Positions 18,997 to 30,437 of a DNA stretch of 64,000 nucleotides are shown here, in pieces; position 1 is the stretch's first letter, and each line of letters starts with the position of its first letter. Source of the stretch: Candidatus Latescibacterota bacterium. GTDB lineage: Bacteria > Latescibacterota > UBA2968. The stretch is taken from the NCBI GenBank assembly GCA_038279365.1, contig JAYODI010000005.1, positions 1 through 64,000 on the forward strand, given 5' to 3'. A program made the translations under genes and the position numbers. The notes under the pieces are model-generated. The model searched no databases, had not been told where the DNA came from, and worked only from the letters and a program-made list of their open reading frames with translations.

Positions 18997-19839
18997 TTAC
19001 GCCACCCAGTGTCTATAAAGTGGCTTCACATCATCAGGCAATGATTCATATACATCGCGTTTTAGAGGTTGCGACTCATAATTTTTTCCACCCGTTTCGA
19101 CCACCATCATCTCATGTTCTGGTTTGCCAATATGTGAGGGATTCAAATTGAGCCACCAAGGAGCATAACGTACAATCAATGCCACGCGTTTTTCATCACT
19201 CACATTGGGTGCCACGGCGTGCCACAACCGACTGTCATATATCAGCACACTACCAGCAACCCCCGTCACCTGAATTTCTGTTGGGTAAGGTGCATCTCGA
19301 TCAATATCATCCATCAAACCCGCAGATGGATTGTTATCAGACCGATGACTGCCAGGCACCACAAATGTACCTCCATTTTGATCATTAAAATCCGTCAGCA
19401 TCCAAATCGTAGCCAAATGCAATAACGCATCGGGATAAGGTGTTGGTATATGAGACGCATTGGTGGCATTATAAGGCCAATCGGCATGCCAATAACCACG
19501 TTCATTGCCAGGATAATTAATCACACAATCCGTACAGGAAATCCGTGCATACGGGCCAAACAAAACATCGACCACATCCATCAATTTACGGCTCGCCACA
19601 TAAGGCGCAAACACTTGTGTTTCATTGATCACTTGCCGCAAACTTGCCACACCGTCAACGCCCATGCGATGTCCTTTGGCACGCGTTGCAGCTCTTGCCG
19701 CTTCCGATTGGGCATGCCCACGCGCCTGCGCGGCGACCACACCTTCACACACTGTAACAACGTTCTCTTTGGGAATCACACCTTCTATCACACAAAACCC
19801 ATCGCGCCCCAACCGATCAACAACAGATAAAACCGACAT
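18997..19839 (-). CDS. Phytanoyl-CoA dioxygenase (PhyH) family
   Basis: WHAD, NGGT..VPGSH, LWH..N.S..R. Confidence 0.88.
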   Translation of the reverse strand: MSVLSVVDRLGRDGFCVIEGVIPKENVVTVCEGVVAAQARGHAQSEAARAATRAKGHRMGVDGVASLRQVINETQVFAPYVASRKLMDVVDVLFGPYARISCTDCVINYPGNERGYWHADWPYNATNASHIPTPYPDALLHLATIWMLTDFNDQNGGTFVVPGSHRSDNNPSAGLMDDIDRDAPYPTEIQVTGVAGSVLIYDSRLWHAVAPNVSDEKRVALIVRYAPWWLNLNPSHIGKPEHEMMVVETGGKNYESQPLKRDVYESLPDDVKPLYRHWVA

Positions 19840-19932
19840 ATGCCCTCACAAAAAAGAGACCTACGCAGTATATTGTAAGCCTCGTTAAAACATGCTCATC
19901 ACTTCTATCCGAAATCCAAACAATAGGCTCTC

Positions 19933-20232
19933 TTATTCCACGCGAAACTTTCCCTTTTTTGCCATCGTCTCTTCGAGTTTTCGAATTTCAATTTGTTGAT
20001 TGTTGACAATATCTTGTAATTCTTTTACGGCTTCTTTGCCTTTTTTAATTTCTTCACTAATCTCAGAATTTTCTAAATTATTTACCTTAATTTTATCTTC
20101 CAAATCGATGTGTTCAGCTTTTAAAATTTCAAGCAAAGACCCTTGGATACGCGCACTGGCCAAATACTCCTTCACAACAACAAGGGTATACATAACCGTA
20201 GCAATAGCAAAAACAATAAAAACCCAATCCAT
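19933..20232 (-). CDS. Small membrane-anchored coiled-coil protein (acidic)
   Basis: N-terminal TM helix, E/K-rich heptads, GAGGAG RBS. Confidence 0.7.
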   Translation of the reverse strand: MDWVFIVFAIATVMYTLVVVKEYLASARIQGSLLEILKAEHIDLEDKIKVNNLENSEISEEIKKGKEAVKELQDIVNNQQIEIRKLEETMAKKGKFRVE

Positions 20233-20258
20233 TGTTGTCTCCTCAGAATATATCTCTA

Positions 20259-20522
20259 TTACTTTTTGGTCATTTCAGCCAGCTTCCTTGTATTCTTTTC
20301 TATTTGAAGCTTTAACGTGCGCTGGATACGCTCTTCTGTTTTCAAATTTTGCACAGCCACAGCTTTGGTACTTTCTGCCACACGCAAAGCTGTTTTCATT
20401 TTGCTATTATCTGCCTGCGCTTCTGCAACCATACGGCGAAGCCTTTGAATCTGGGCCGTTGTATAAAACTTGGCCAGAATCACCATCACCAAACCCAAAA
20501 TGGCTGCAATTCCCGAAATCAT
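20259..20522 (-). CDS. Small membrane-anchored coiled-coil protein (basic)
   Basis: MISGIAAILGLVMVILAK TM helix followed by K/R-rich heptads. Confidence 0.65.
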   Translation of the reverse strand: MISGIAAILGLVMVILAKFYTTAQIQRLRRMVAEAQADNSKMKTALRVAESTKAVAVQNLKTEERIQRTLKLQIEKNTRKLAEMTKK

Positions 20523-20712
20523 AATCCAAAAACCCTTATATACACCTGGTAAAGCTTCCGGATTTACCAGGTGCCAAGCATCACACCCAAGCACATAAAC
20601 ATATATAAAATAAGGCCTTTTAAACCATTTTCCAATCACAGAATGAAAAATCAGCACCCAAAAATCTCTTGTCAAGTTTCAATATTGGGTGTGCCATTCC
20701 CCTTCTATATTG

Positions 20713-21636
20713 TCACCGTTTGGAAACCGTTCCACCCAGCGTACCCAAAGCAGATCCAAAAACAACCAAAACGGCCCCCATAATCGACAATCCATTTAAA
20801 GGCTCAGGTAGAATTAAGTCGGTTAAAAAAGTGGCCGCAAAATAAGCATTGCCCATCGTAATGAGCGGTGTGAGTGCCACAACAATGCCTGTGCGAGAAG
20901 CTTCTAAGTGATTCATCGCAATACCAAAACTCACATACGAAACAACAGTTAATGCCGCAGACAAAACCACCAATCCCATCTGCCCATAAGTCAAAGAAAG
21001 CAGTGCCAATGGCTGTGACATAGGTGACAATATAAACACACTTGATACATAAATAACAAACAAAACGACCTCAGGTGGCAAAGTGCTTTGCATTTGTTTT
21101 TGAGCCATAATATAAGATGCCCAAAAAATGGCCGCCAACACCACCATCAAAATGCCCCCACCATACACACTCTGCAACAAATCGGCATAACGTAAATTAA
21201 AAAATAAAAGCATGCCAATAATCAAAACAAGCAAACCCCACCACTGCCTCGAATTAAATTTTTCACCAAAAATAAGCATGCCACCTAACAACACAAACAT
21301 GGGTGCCAATTGAATCACCACCTGTGCTGCACCAGGTGATACAAAGTGCAGACTCGACATATAGGTCACATAATTGCCGCACAAACCCACGATACAAATA
21401 AGCATCAACCAAGGCATGTGACAAACCTGTAATACAGATCGCCAACCATATCGCATCAATAACAGCGGTGCCAGCAACATACCCGCTACCAAAAACCGTG
21501 CCCAAGCCAATGTATACACTTCAACCCATTGCACAAGCACTTTTAAAATCACGGGCAATGTGCCCCAAATCAGTGCCGTAAACAATGCCAACAAAAGCCC
21601 CAATGTCCGCCGCCCAGTTACCTGATGTCGATTCAC
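20713..21636 (-). CDS. DMT/EamA family transporter
   Basis: About 10 TM helices, LIWG..P, RF, GEK motifs; GTG start overlaps the mug stop. Confidence 0.88.
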   Translation of the reverse strand: MNRHQVTGRRTLGLLLALFTALIWGTLPVILKVLVQWVEVYTLAWARFLVAGMLLAPLLLMRYGWRSVLQVCHMPWLMLICIVGLCGNYVTYMSSLHFVSPGAAQVVIQLAPMFVLLGGMLIFGEKFNSRQWWGLLVLIIGMLLFFNLRYADLLQSVYGGGILMVVLAAIFWASYIMAQKQMQSTLPPEVVLFVIYVSSVFILSPMSQPLALLSLTYGQMGLVVLSAALTVVSYVSFGIAMNHLEASRTGIVVALTPLITMGNAYFAATFLTDLILPEPLNGLSIMGAVLVVFGSALGTLGGTVSKR

Positions 21637-22160
21637 ACGTGCCCTTTCACACCATCCACTATTTTTTTTAATGCACAATAATAAGCCAATTTTGTGGCCC
21701 GAGGCATGGGCAATGCCCCACTGGTTGAAGGTGCCAGAAAAAGAATGGCTCCTTCCAATGTCTCTTCTTGTAAGCCATACGCTCTTTTTTCTTTTATCAC
21801 TTTTACATACCCACTCTTGCCATTAAAACACACCACATGCGGTTTGAATTTCCGTAGTTTTTTCTTAAGCACATCAAACCCACACACATATTCATCATCC
21901 GTCAATGGCCCAATACCACGCGTGGCCCGCCCCTTTACAATATCGGTCACCCCAATGCCATAATCCAACAACAAATGATCTTCTTCAGGTTTTAAGAGCC
22001 GATTTGTCAACCCACTTTCATATAAAAAAGGCCAAAACTGATTGTTTCGACCCGCATAATAATATCCTACCTCAGCAGATTTTAAACTGGGATTAAAACC
22101 CACAAAAACCAAATCCAACCCAATCCTCAAATAATCTCGTAAAACATTTTCGGACGCCAT
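21633..22160 (-). CDS. mug: Mismatch-specific uracil-DNA glycosylase (MUG/TDG)
   Basis: VFVGFNPSLKS, NQFW, PSTSG. Confidence 0.88.
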   Translation of the reverse strand: MASENVLRDYLRIGLDLVFVGFNPSLKSAEVGYYYAGRNNQFWPFLYESGLTNRLLKPEEDHLLLDYGIGVTDIVKGRATRGIGPLTDDEYVCGFDVLKKKLRKFKPHVVCFNGKSGYVKVIKEKRAYGLQEETLEGAILFLAPSTSGALPMPRATKLAYYCALKKIVDGVKGHV

Positions 22161-22402
22161 TTTAAAACCTTATATATTGACATGACGGTCACAATGTGTT
22201 TAAGTCATGACAACGCAATAATAAACAAGCACACCCTTGTGCTAAATTTCACTTATTTCAATTTTTGCAACAAAGTATGCAGATTAATTCAATTTACTGC
22301 AACAGTATTTTTCGCTATTATTGAGCCATAAGAAAACGTAAAATGTCTAAAAAAAATCATCGAAATTGATAAAAATATCCACTTTGAAAGGGTATCTGCA
22401 TT

Positions 22403-24109
22403 ATGCCACAACTTAATAAGTTCAGTTCCCAAATCACACAAAAAAAATCACAAGGCGCATCTCAAGCCATGCTTTATGCCACAGGATTGAGCCGAGAAGA
22501 TATGGCCAAACCACAAATAGGCATCGCCTCTGTATGGTATGAAGGCAACTCGTGCAACATGCACCTCAACGATTTGGCCCTGGAAGTCAAAAAAGGCGTG
22601 ACCGAAGCAGGTAGTGTGGGCATGCGCTTTAACACCATTGGTGTTTCCGACGGTATTTCAATGGGCACAGATGGCATGTCCTATTCCCTCCAATCACGTG
22701 ACCTCATTGCCGATTCCATCGAAACCGTAATGGGTGCCCAATGGTATGATGCACTCGTTGCACTACCCGGTTGCGACAAAAACATGCCCGGTGTCGTCAT
22801 GGCTATGGGGCGGCTTAATCGCCCTGCCCTTATGGTCTACGGAGGTACTATCAAACCTGGCTGTGCCCTCATTCAAGGCGAAGAACGCAAACTAGACATC
22901 GTTTCTGCCTTCCAAAGTTATGGTGAATTTCTCACCCAAGCCATCAACGATGAAGAACGCCAAAACATTGTTGAACACGCCTGCCCCGGGGCAGGTGCAT
23001 GTGGTGGGATGTATACAGCCAACACCATGGCCAGTGCCATCGAATGTATGGGCCTTTCACTGCCCTATTCATCATGCACACCCGCCGAAGACCCCGAAAA
23101 AATAGCCGAATGTATTCGTGCTGGCCACACGGCGCAAGCCCTCTTAGAAGCCGACCTTAAACCACGTGATATCGTCACCAAACAATCTTTCCTCAACGCC
23201 ATTCGCTTGGCCATCATCACTGGTGGATCCACCAATCTCGTGCTTCACCTGTTGGCCATGGCCCGCGCATTTGATGTGGATCTGCACATTGACGAATTTC
23301 AAAAAATGTCAAACGAAACACCGCTTCTATGTGACCTGAAACCATCTGGCCGTTATGTGATGGAAGAATTGCACAAAATTGGTGGTACACCCGCCCTCAT
23401 GAAAATGTTGCTCGATGCCGACCTCATCGACGGCAACCAAATGACCATCACAGGCAAAACCATTGCTGAAAACTTAAAAGACATAACCACCATCCCCCCC
23501 TATGGCACAGGCGAAGGCCAACAAGACATTGTGCGCCCCTTCGACAACCCCATCAAGATCACGGGTCACCTGCAAATCTTACGTGGCAACCTTGCCCCCG
23601 AAGGATCAGTGGGCAAAATCACAGGCAAAGAAGGCGAAGTCTTTGAAGGCACCGCCAACGTTTTTGACAGCGAAGAAGATATGCTCGGAGCACTTGAACA
23701 AGGCAAAATCGAAAAAGGTAACGTGATCATCATTCGCTACGAAGGCCCCAAGGGTGGCCCCGGCATGCCCGAAATGCTCACCCCCACATCGGCATTGGCC
23801 GGTGCGGGCTTGGTCAACGATGTGGCCCTCATCACCGATGGTCGTTTCTCTGGCGGATCACACGGTTTCCTTATTGGTCATGTGGTGCCCGAAGCCATTG
23901 AAGGCGGCCCCATTGCACTGGTTAAAACAGGCGACAAAGTCACCATCGATTGTAAAATTGGCGAAATCAACATGGACGTGTCCGATGAAGAATTGGCAAA
24001 ACGCCGTGCCGCCTGGACCAAGCCCGATTACCCCGCCAAACGTGGTACCCTTTACAAATACATCAAAAATGTAAAAACAGCCTCCGAAGGCTGTGTTACC
24101 GACGAGTAA
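22403..24109 (+). CDS. ilvD: Dihydroxy-acid dehydratase
   Basis: [50 protein letters not shown]. Confidence 0.97.
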   Translation: MPQLNKFSSQITQKKSQGASQAMLYATGLSREDMAKPQIGIASVWYEGNSCNMHLNDLALEVKKGVTEAGSVGMRFNTIGVSDGISMGTDGMSYSLQSRDLIADSIETVMGAQWYDALVALPGCDKNMPGVVMAMGRLNRPALMVYGGTIKPGCALIQGEERKLDIVSAFQSYGEFLTQAINDEERQNIVEHACPGAGACGGMYTANTMASAIECMGLSLPYSSCTPAEDPEKIAECIRAGHTAQALLEADLKPRDIVTKQSFLNAIRLAIITGGSTNLVLHLLAMARAFDVDLHIDEFQKMSNETPLLCDLKPSGRYVMEELHKIGGTPALMKMLLDADLIDGNQMTITGKTIAENLKDITTIPPYGTGEGQQDIVRPFDNPIKITGHLQILRGNLAPEGSVGKITGKEGEVFEGTANVFDSEEDMLGALEQGKIEKGNVIIIRYEGPKGGPGMPEMLTPTSALAGAGLVNDVALITDGRFSGGSHGFLIGHVVPEAIEGGPIALVKTGDKVTIDCKIGEINMDVSDEELAKRRAAWTKPDYPAKRGTLYKYIKNVKTASEGCVTDE

Positions 24110-24126
24110 GTTTTAGACCAACAATC

Positions 24127-24158
24127 AAAAAGGGATCGCATCTGCGATCCCTTTTTTT
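24127..24158. terminator. Bidirectional terminator
   Basis: aaaaagggatcgca-tc-tgcgatccctttttttt. Confidence 0.85.
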
Positions 24159-25378
24159 TATTTCCAATCGGCAGGCGATTCCATATCGCCCAGCACACAC
24201 CTTCGCACCCAATCCAATCCCTGAATCACCAACCACCGCCTGATGTGATCATTGTCTTGAAACCGTCGGCTCTCCACACACAAGCGCATTTCATCTGGCC
24301 CGTGAATCGCCATAAATGTGGCATCATTTTCAAACGGCCCAATCATGGCAAAACCAATGCCCCCATCGGGTGCCACACGTTCAGCCACCGCTTTGACCAA
24401 CACCTGCGCATCATCCGTTGCCATATCCAAGCCCACCGTTTCAAGTACTTCTTTTAAATCCGAAGGGTGTATGTCCGCCGTCACCACATCACCACATCCA
24501 TTTTCTTGCATTTCACGCACCAACTGTCCATCTGTCAACGTATCCACCACCCCCAAAGTCAAACCCCGATCTTTAAGCAAGCCACCCACCACACCCGCAA
24601 CCGTCTCCTTGTTCACGCCATAAATCGCCACGCCCAATCGCTTGCGCAACTCCGTCTCCATAGGTGCAATTAACGCATCAGCTTCTTCATCTGTATCCGC
24701 TTTTGCGGTAATACGCACATCCGTTTGGCCCGCATGTGCTGCCAAACCAACCGTGGGATTCGACGCGGTCATCAAATCGCCAATAGACCGATCAATATTG
24801 CTCTCTCCCACCGCACACGTGCGCAACACACGCACCTTCATCACCTTGCGCCCACCCATGCGATCAATTAAAATGGGCACCACCACATTGTGCAACATGT
24901 GTTCAAGCTCCCTGGGCACCCCAGGTAAAGAAATCACAAACCCACGTCCATTTACGTCTTCACTCAAAAAACAAGGAGCTGTGCCTACTGGGTTTTCCAA
25001 AGGGATCGCCCCATCGGGAATATAGGCCTGGCGTTTGTTGTTATCGGCCATCGGGCGACCAAAATTTCGAAACCGTGCGGCAATTTGCGCTTCCAATTCA
25101 TCACTATAAACCAACTTACGCCCCGTTGCCTCTGCAACCGCTTGACGCGTCATATCATCAACCGTTGGCCCAATGCCACCCGATGTAATCACCACATCCG
25201 ATCTGTCCAATGCCAAATTTAAAACCTCAACCATTCGCTTTTCATTATCGCCCACGGTTGTTTTATACAACAAATCCATACCAATATCGCGCAATGCTTT
25301 TGCAAACAAATTGGCATTGGTATCTACTATTTCACCTAACAACAATTCGGTACCAATCATCACAATCTCAGCCTGCAT
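24158..25378 (-). CDS. cinA: CinA-like protein (MoCF-biosynthesis domain + degenerate PncC domain)
   Basis: IGTELLLGEIVDTN, VGDN, SGGIGPTVDDMT, NPVGTAP, LPGVPRE. Confidence 0.85.
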   Translation of the reverse strand: MQAEIVMIGTELLLGEIVDTNANLFAKALRDIGMDLLYKTTVGDNEKRMVEVLNLALDRSDVVITSGGIGPTVDDMTRQAVAEATGRKLVYSDELEAQIAARFRNFGRPMADNNKRQAYIPDGAIPLENPVGTAPCFLSEDVNGRGFVISLPGVPRELEHMLHNVVVPILIDRMGGRKVMKVRVLRTCAVGESNIDRSIGDLMTASNPTVGLAAHAGQTDVRITAKADTDEEADALIAPMETELRKRLGVAIYGVNKETVAGVVGGLLKDRGLTLGVVDTLTDGQLVREMQENGCGDVVTADIHPSDLKEVLETVGLDMATDDAQVLVKAVAERVAPDGGIGFAMIGPFENDATFMAIHGPDEMRLCVESRRFQDNDHIRRWLVIQGLDWVRRCVLGDMESPADWK

Positions 25379-25550
25379 AATGATCTCCTCTACCCATTTT
25401 TAAAAATTTCGTTAAACTTAGTTGGAACACAAAAGCAATATCGAAGGTCTCACAAAGGTAAGTGAAAAAGTAAGAAAAAGAAACACACCAATTCTCAGCA
25501 TTTCTTTTATCAAAAAATCGCATCACATCATTCAATCACCATAGGCACAC

Positions 25551-26282
25551 ATGACCCAATCAAACACCGCACTCGCCGTTCAAAATCTCACCCGCACCTA
25601 CACCAGTGGGGGCAATCCCCTCACCGTGCTCAACAATGTCTCCTTTGACATTCCAACCGGGCAAACATGCGCCATCGTAGGCCCATCGGGCAGTGGCAAA
25701 ACAACCCTCTTAGGATTATGTGCAGGTTTGGACCGCCCCACATCGGGCACCGTCACACTCAATGGCATAGGCATTGACACCCTCGACGAAGACAAACGCG
25801 CTGCTGTACGCAACCAACAGGTCGGTTTCATCTTTCAAAGTTTTCAACTCATCCCCACTCTCACCGCTGTAGAAAATGTCACCGTCCCCCTTGAATTGCG
25901 CGGAGAATCAGACGTTGCAGATCGTGCCACAGACTTGTTAACACGCGTGGGCCTTAAAGACCGTCTCGACCATTATCCCACACAACTATCTGGTGGCGAA
26001 CAACAACGTGTTGCCATTGCTCGAGCCTTCATCAACCAACCCCACATCCTCTTTGCCGATGAACCCACAGGCAACCTCGATGCCGACACCAGCCAAACCA
26101 TTGTCGATCTGCTCTTTGACCTCAATCGCGAATTAGACACCACACTCATCTTGGTCACCCACGACCTCGACTTGGCCAGTCTCACCCAACGCACCATTCG
26201 CTTGCGCGGTGGCGAAGTGATCTCAGACGAAGAAAATAAAACCATTAAAAACGGTCTCAAGTCGCAGGTCTGCAAGTCGTAG
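25551..26282 (+). CDS. ABC ATPase, YbbA/LolD-like
   Basis: GPSGSGKTT, LSGGEQQRVA, ADEPTGNLD. Confidence 0.92.
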   Translation: MTQSNTALAVQNLTRTYTSGGNPLTVLNNVSFDIPTGQTCAIVGPSGSGKTTLLGLCAGLDRPTSGTVTLNGIGIDTLDEDKRAAVRNQQVGFIFQSFQLIPTLTAVENVTVPLELRGESDVADRATDLLTRVGLKDRLDHYPTQLSGGEQQRVAIARAFINQPHILFADEPTGNLDADTSQTIVDLLFDLNRELDTTLILVTHDLDLASLTQRTIRLRGGEVISDEENKTIKNGLKSQVCKS

Positions 26283-26340
26283 GTGAAGAACCAAGACTTA
26301 TGATTTGCAACGCATGCGTTTCAAACCGTGACCTGCAACG
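26253..26340. repeat. Inverted degenerate heptamer (GTCGCAR/GACYTGC) element
   Basis: gtctcaa gtcgcag gtctgcaa gtcgtag ... gacttat gatttgc .. gacctgc. Confidence 0.55.
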
Positions 26341-26380
26341 GTCTTTTCAAACAAATTTATTTAATTGATACCTGGATCAC

Positions 26381-28933
26381 ATGATCAAATCCAAACCCCA
26401 TACATTTGCACTGTTCTCTGCTTGGCCTTATAAAATGGCCTGGCGAGACAGTCGCACCTATCGCCGCCGAATGGCCCTCTTTCTCTCGTGCATTCTCTTA
26501 GGCGTAGCTGCACTGGTGGCCGTGCGCTCTCTTGGAGACAATTTAGAACAAACCATCAATGACCAATCACGCACCTTATTGGGTGCCGACTTGGTCATGA
26601 CCAGCCAACGTGCGCTCACCGAAGAAGTTCGTTCTCTCATAGATACCATTGGCGGTAAACAATCTCACGAAGTGCGTTTTGCCTCTATGGTATACTTTCC
26701 CAAAACCGATGGCACACGTTTGGTGCAAATACGCGCGCTTGAAGGGCAATTTCCTTATTACGGTACCTTTGAAACCGACCCACCCCGAGCCGCTACCACC
26801 TATCAAAACACACGCACCGCACTGCTCGATGATGGGTTACTGATTCAATTTGGCATCGAAGTAGGCGACTCTGTACGCATTGGCAATCACACCTTTGTTA
26901 TTGGTGGGCGCATCAAAAAAATTCCTGGCGAAGCCATGGCATTTTCCACTGTTGCTCCACGAGTTTATATTCCGCTATCCGATTTGGAAAATACGGGGCT
27001 CATCAAATTTGGCAGCCTGGCCAGTTACATCACCTACTTCAAATTAGACAAAAACACCAACATACTCGACATTGAAAAACGCATCAATCCATATAGGGAA
27101 GAAAACCGATTACGCACAGAAACGGTATCCAGCCGTCAAAGACGCTTAAATCGCACCCTTGGCAACCTCTATAACTTTCTCAGCCTGGTTGCATTTTCAG
27201 CCCTCTTACTTGGTTGCATTGGTGTGGCCAGTGCCATACACGTTTATATGCGCCAAAAACAAACCACAGTTGCCATCTTGCGTTGCTTGGGCGCACAATC
27301 TGATCAAGTGCTCACCATCTATGCCATACAAACTGCGGCGCTCGGGTTTATTGGTGCCTTTTTGGGGGCGTGTCTGGGTTTGGGCATCCAATACCTGTTG
27401 CCACAAATTTTAGCCAACTTCCTCCCCATGGAACTCCATGTAGAAATCTCTTGGCCCGCCATTTTCCAAGGCATGAGCATTGGTATCGGGCTGTCATTGC
27501 TCTTTGCCTTATTGCCACTTTTGCCAGTACGTCACACTTCGCCCTTGCGCACCTTACGCGCCTCATTTGAAGAAGTGCGCAACCGCATCGACCCATTGCA
27601 AGCCCTTGTTTTTGGCCTCATTGTCATCTCGATAGCCATTTTAAGCATCTTGCAAACCAACCGCATCAGTATGGGTTTGGGCATCACCGCAGGGTTCTTT
27701 GTTGCATTTGCATTGCTTTTAGGAGCCGCCAACCTCATCATCAAAATGGTCAAACGCTTCTTTCCCACCTCGTGGCAATATGTTTGGCGACAAGGTTTGG
27801 CCAACTTATATCGCCCCAATAATCAAACAGCCATTCTCATGCTCTCATTGGGCTTAGGCACCTTTCTTATTGCCACCCTTTACATTGTCCAATTTGCCCT
27901 TGTCAACCAAGTCTCATTGGCAGGCAGCAACAACCGCCCCAACTTGGTTTTGGTTGATGTGCAAACAGACCAGCAAGAAGGTGTCAGTCGCATCATCCAA
28001 AAACACAACCTCCCCCTCATTCACCAAGCGCCAGTAGTCACCATGCGCTTATCACACGTTAAAGGCTACCCCACCGATGTCTACCGCGAAAAATTTGACA
28101 TCTCACGCTGGTCACTCTTTCGCGAATACCGCTCTACCTATCGCAACACCATCTACGACTCTGAAAGCATCATTGCAGGCACCTGGCACAACAACACTTA
28201 TAACGGCAAAGAACCTGTGCCCATTTCGCTTGAAGAAGGCATTGCCCAAAACCTCAGCGTTACATTGGGCGACACCCTCACCTTCAACGTACAAGGCATT
28301 CCCATTGTCACCACCGTTCAAAGCCTGCGCGAAGTCGATTGGCAACGCATTCAACCCAACTTCTTTGTCGTCTTTCCCAATGGCGTACTCGAACCCGCAC
28401 CGCAATTTCACATCTACACCACACGGGTCGCCTCAACGGAGCAATCGGCTCAACTCCAACGCGAACTTGTCAAAACCTATCCCAACGTCTCGGCCGTTGA
28501 CCTGGGCCTCATTTTACAAACCGTAGACGATGTGCTCTCACAAGTCAGCTTCGTCATTCGGTTTATGGCCCTCTTTAGCGTTTTCACGGGCCTCATAGTA
28601 CTGGCTTCTGCCGTCACCACAAGCCGTTACCAACGCGTTCAAGAAGCCGTACTCTTGCGCACCCTCGGCGCATCCAAACGCCAAATTCGTCGCATCTTAC
28701 TGCTCGAGTACCTTTTCCTCGGAACATTTGCAGCCCTCACAGGACTGCTCCTCGCCATAGGCGGTGCGTGGGCTTTGTCCTTCTTTGTCTTCGACATCGG
28801 TTTTGCACTTCCCAACACAGCCATCTTTGGCGTACTTACGCTCGTCACCCTCCTCACCGTATGCGTGGGCATGCTCAACAGCCGTGGCATTGCCGACCGA
28901 CCGCCCCTCGAAATCTTGCGCGCCGAAGGATAA
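26381..28933 (+). CDS. ABC permease, YbbP-like (two FtsX domains)
   Basis: LLGADL, AILRCLGA, LREVDW...PNFF, LLRTLGAS, PPLEILR. Confidence 0.9.
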   Translation: MIKSKPHTFALFSAWPYKMAWRDSRTYRRRMALFLSCILLGVAALVAVRSLGDNLEQTINDQSRTLLGADLVMTSQRALTEEVRSLIDTIGGKQSHEVRFASMVYFPKTDGTRLVQIRALEGQFPYYGTFETDPPRAATTYQNTRTALLDDGLLIQFGIEVGDSVRIGNHTFVIGGRIKKIPGEAMAFSTVAPRVYIPLSDLENTGLIKFGSLASYITYFKLDKNTNILDIEKRINPYREENRLRTETVSSRQRRLNRTLGNLYNFLSLVAFSALLLGCIGVASAIHVYMRQKQTTVAILRCLGAQSDQVLTIYAIQTAALGFIGAFLGACLGLGIQYLLPQILANFLPMELHVEISWPAIFQGMSIGIGLSLLFALLPLLPVRHTSPLRTLRASFEEVRNRIDPLQALVFGLIVISIAILSILQTNRISMGLGITAGFFVAFALLLGAANLIIKMVKRFFPTSWQYVWRQGLANLYRPNNQTAILMLSLGLGTFLIATLYIVQFALVNQVSLAGSNNRPNLVLVDVQTDQQEGVSRIIQKHNLPLIHQAPVVTMRLSHVKGYPTDVYREKFDISRWSLFREYRSTYRNTIYDSESIIAGTWHNNTYNGKEPVPISLEEGIAQNLSVTLGDTLTFNVQGIPIVTTVQSLREVDWQRIQPNFFVVFPNGVLEPAPQFHIYTTRVASTEQSAQLQRELVKTYPNVSAVDLGLILQTVDDVLSQVSFVIRFMALFSVFTGLIVLASAVTTSRYQRVQEAVLLRTLGASKRQIRRILLLEYLFLGTFAALTGLLLAIGGAWALSFFVFDIGFALPNTAIFGVLTLVTLLTVCVGMLNSRGIADRPPLEILRAEG

Positions 28934-29050
28934 ATCGCCAACATACCCTCAGATCACCCACATTGACTTTCCCTATGCAATGCTTATTTTATCCCAGATT
29001 AAAAAATGAGCACCGTGCAAACATCATTTATATCCTATCAGGAGGGTATT

Positions 29051-30433
29051 ATGGCCACATCTGTACGCATCAGTGTCATTGGAGCAGGAAGTGCTACATT
29101 TTCTTTGGGCTTGGTAAAAGACTTGTGCCTCACAGAAAACCTCAAAGGCAGTGAAGTGTCGTTTATGGACATTGATGCCGATCGATTAAACGCCGTCACC
29201 AAAATGGCGACCCGATACACAAAAGAAGTCGGTAGCGATCTTCGTTTTGAACAAACAACCAACCGAGAAGAATCATTAAAAGACGCCGACTTTGTCATCA
29301 ATACCGCAGCCATACAAAGCCATTATCATCAGCGCGACATGCGCGACATTGTTTCCAAACACGGTTATTATTATCGCGGTGTAGGCGGAGGCAGTTTTTA
29401 CCAATTCAGATTCATGCTCGACGTGTCACACGACATGGAAAAAATTTGCCCCAACGCGTGGCTGATCCAATCGGGCAACCCCGTTTTTGACGGCTGCACG
29501 CTGATGACCCGCGAAACCACCACAAAAATTATTGGCCTGTGCCATGGCCACTACGGCTACCTACACATTGCCAAAGAATTGGGATTGGATCCTGCCCACA
29601 TCGATTTTCAAGCACCGGGTGTCAACCATTGCATTTGGATGACCCATTTCCTCTACGATGGTGAAGATGCTTACCCCCTCTTAGAAGATTGGATCCAAAA
29701 CAAAGGAGAGGCATATTGGCAATCACACATTGCTCAAGGCACGCACGACATTCAAATGTCACGCGGTGCAATCCATCAATATCGCATGTATGGCCTCATG
29801 CCCATTGGCGACTCACCCCGCAGTGGTGGGTGGTGGTATCACAGCGACATCGAAACCAAAAAATGGTGGTTTGGACAACCTTGGGGTGGCCCAGACACCC
29901 ATTTGGCCAGACCCTTACATGTCAAGAAGCTGGAAGAACGCATGGCACAAATCCAAGCCGCCATTGACGACCCCAATGCCAGCATGACAGACGTTTTTGG
30001 CAAAGAAAAAACACGCGAACAACAAGTGCCCATCATCGATGCGCTCACAAACAACGTCGAAGGCCATTTTCAAGTCAACGTTCCCAACAACGGTGCTTTA
30101 GAAGGTGTGGCAAATGACGTGGTTGTAGAAGTGCCCGCAATTATTAATAAAAAAGGCGTGCAGCCCTTACACGTTGGCACACTCCCCAAAAAGATCATGC
30201 TCGAACAACTCTGGCCCACCATTTTAAAAATGGAACACGGTATCGAAGCCTTCAAATCAGGCGACAAAAGCATGCTCCTTTACAGTGCCCTAGAAAATCA
30301 TCAAACACGGTCTTACAAACAAGCTGTCATGGCCTTAGAAGATGTCTTGTCGCAACCCGGCAACAAAGAATTGGCCGAGCATTATTCTTATCCTTGGCCA
30401 GAAGGTCACGAATCGGTTTATCTCCAAGAGTAA
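29051..30433 (+). CDS. Glycoside hydrolase family 4 (NAD-dependent alpha-glucosidase/glucuronidase/galactosidase)
   Basis: IGAGSATF, GNP, GLCHG, GVNH, VVVEVPA. Confidence 0.9.
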   Translation: MATSVRISVIGAGSATFSLGLVKDLCLTENLKGSEVSFMDIDADRLNAVTKMATRYTKEVGSDLRFEQTTNREESLKDADFVINTAAIQSHYHQRDMRDIVSKHGYYYRGVGGGSFYQFRFMLDVSHDMEKICPNAWLIQSGNPVFDGCTLMTRETTTKIIGLCHGHYGYLHIAKELGLDPAHIDFQAPGVNHCIWMTHFLYDGEDAYPLLEDWIQNKGEAYWQSHIAQGTHDIQMSRGAIHQYRMYGLMPIGDSPRSGGWWYHSDIETKKWWFGQPWGGPDTHLARPLHVKKLEERMAQIQAAIDDPNASMTDVFGKEKTREQQVPIIDALTNNVEGHFQVNVPNNGALEGVANDVVVEVPAIINKKGVQPLHVGTLPKKIMLEQLWPTILKMEHGIEAFKSGDKSMLLYSALENHQTRSYKQAVMALEDVLSQPGNKELAEHYSYPWPEGHESVYLQE

Positions 30434-30437
30434 ACAC

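Noticed and set aside
22178..22212. Imperfect inverted repeat between mug and ilvD; possible attenuator
   Set aside because: No leader peptide, T-box or terminator seen; single weak instance
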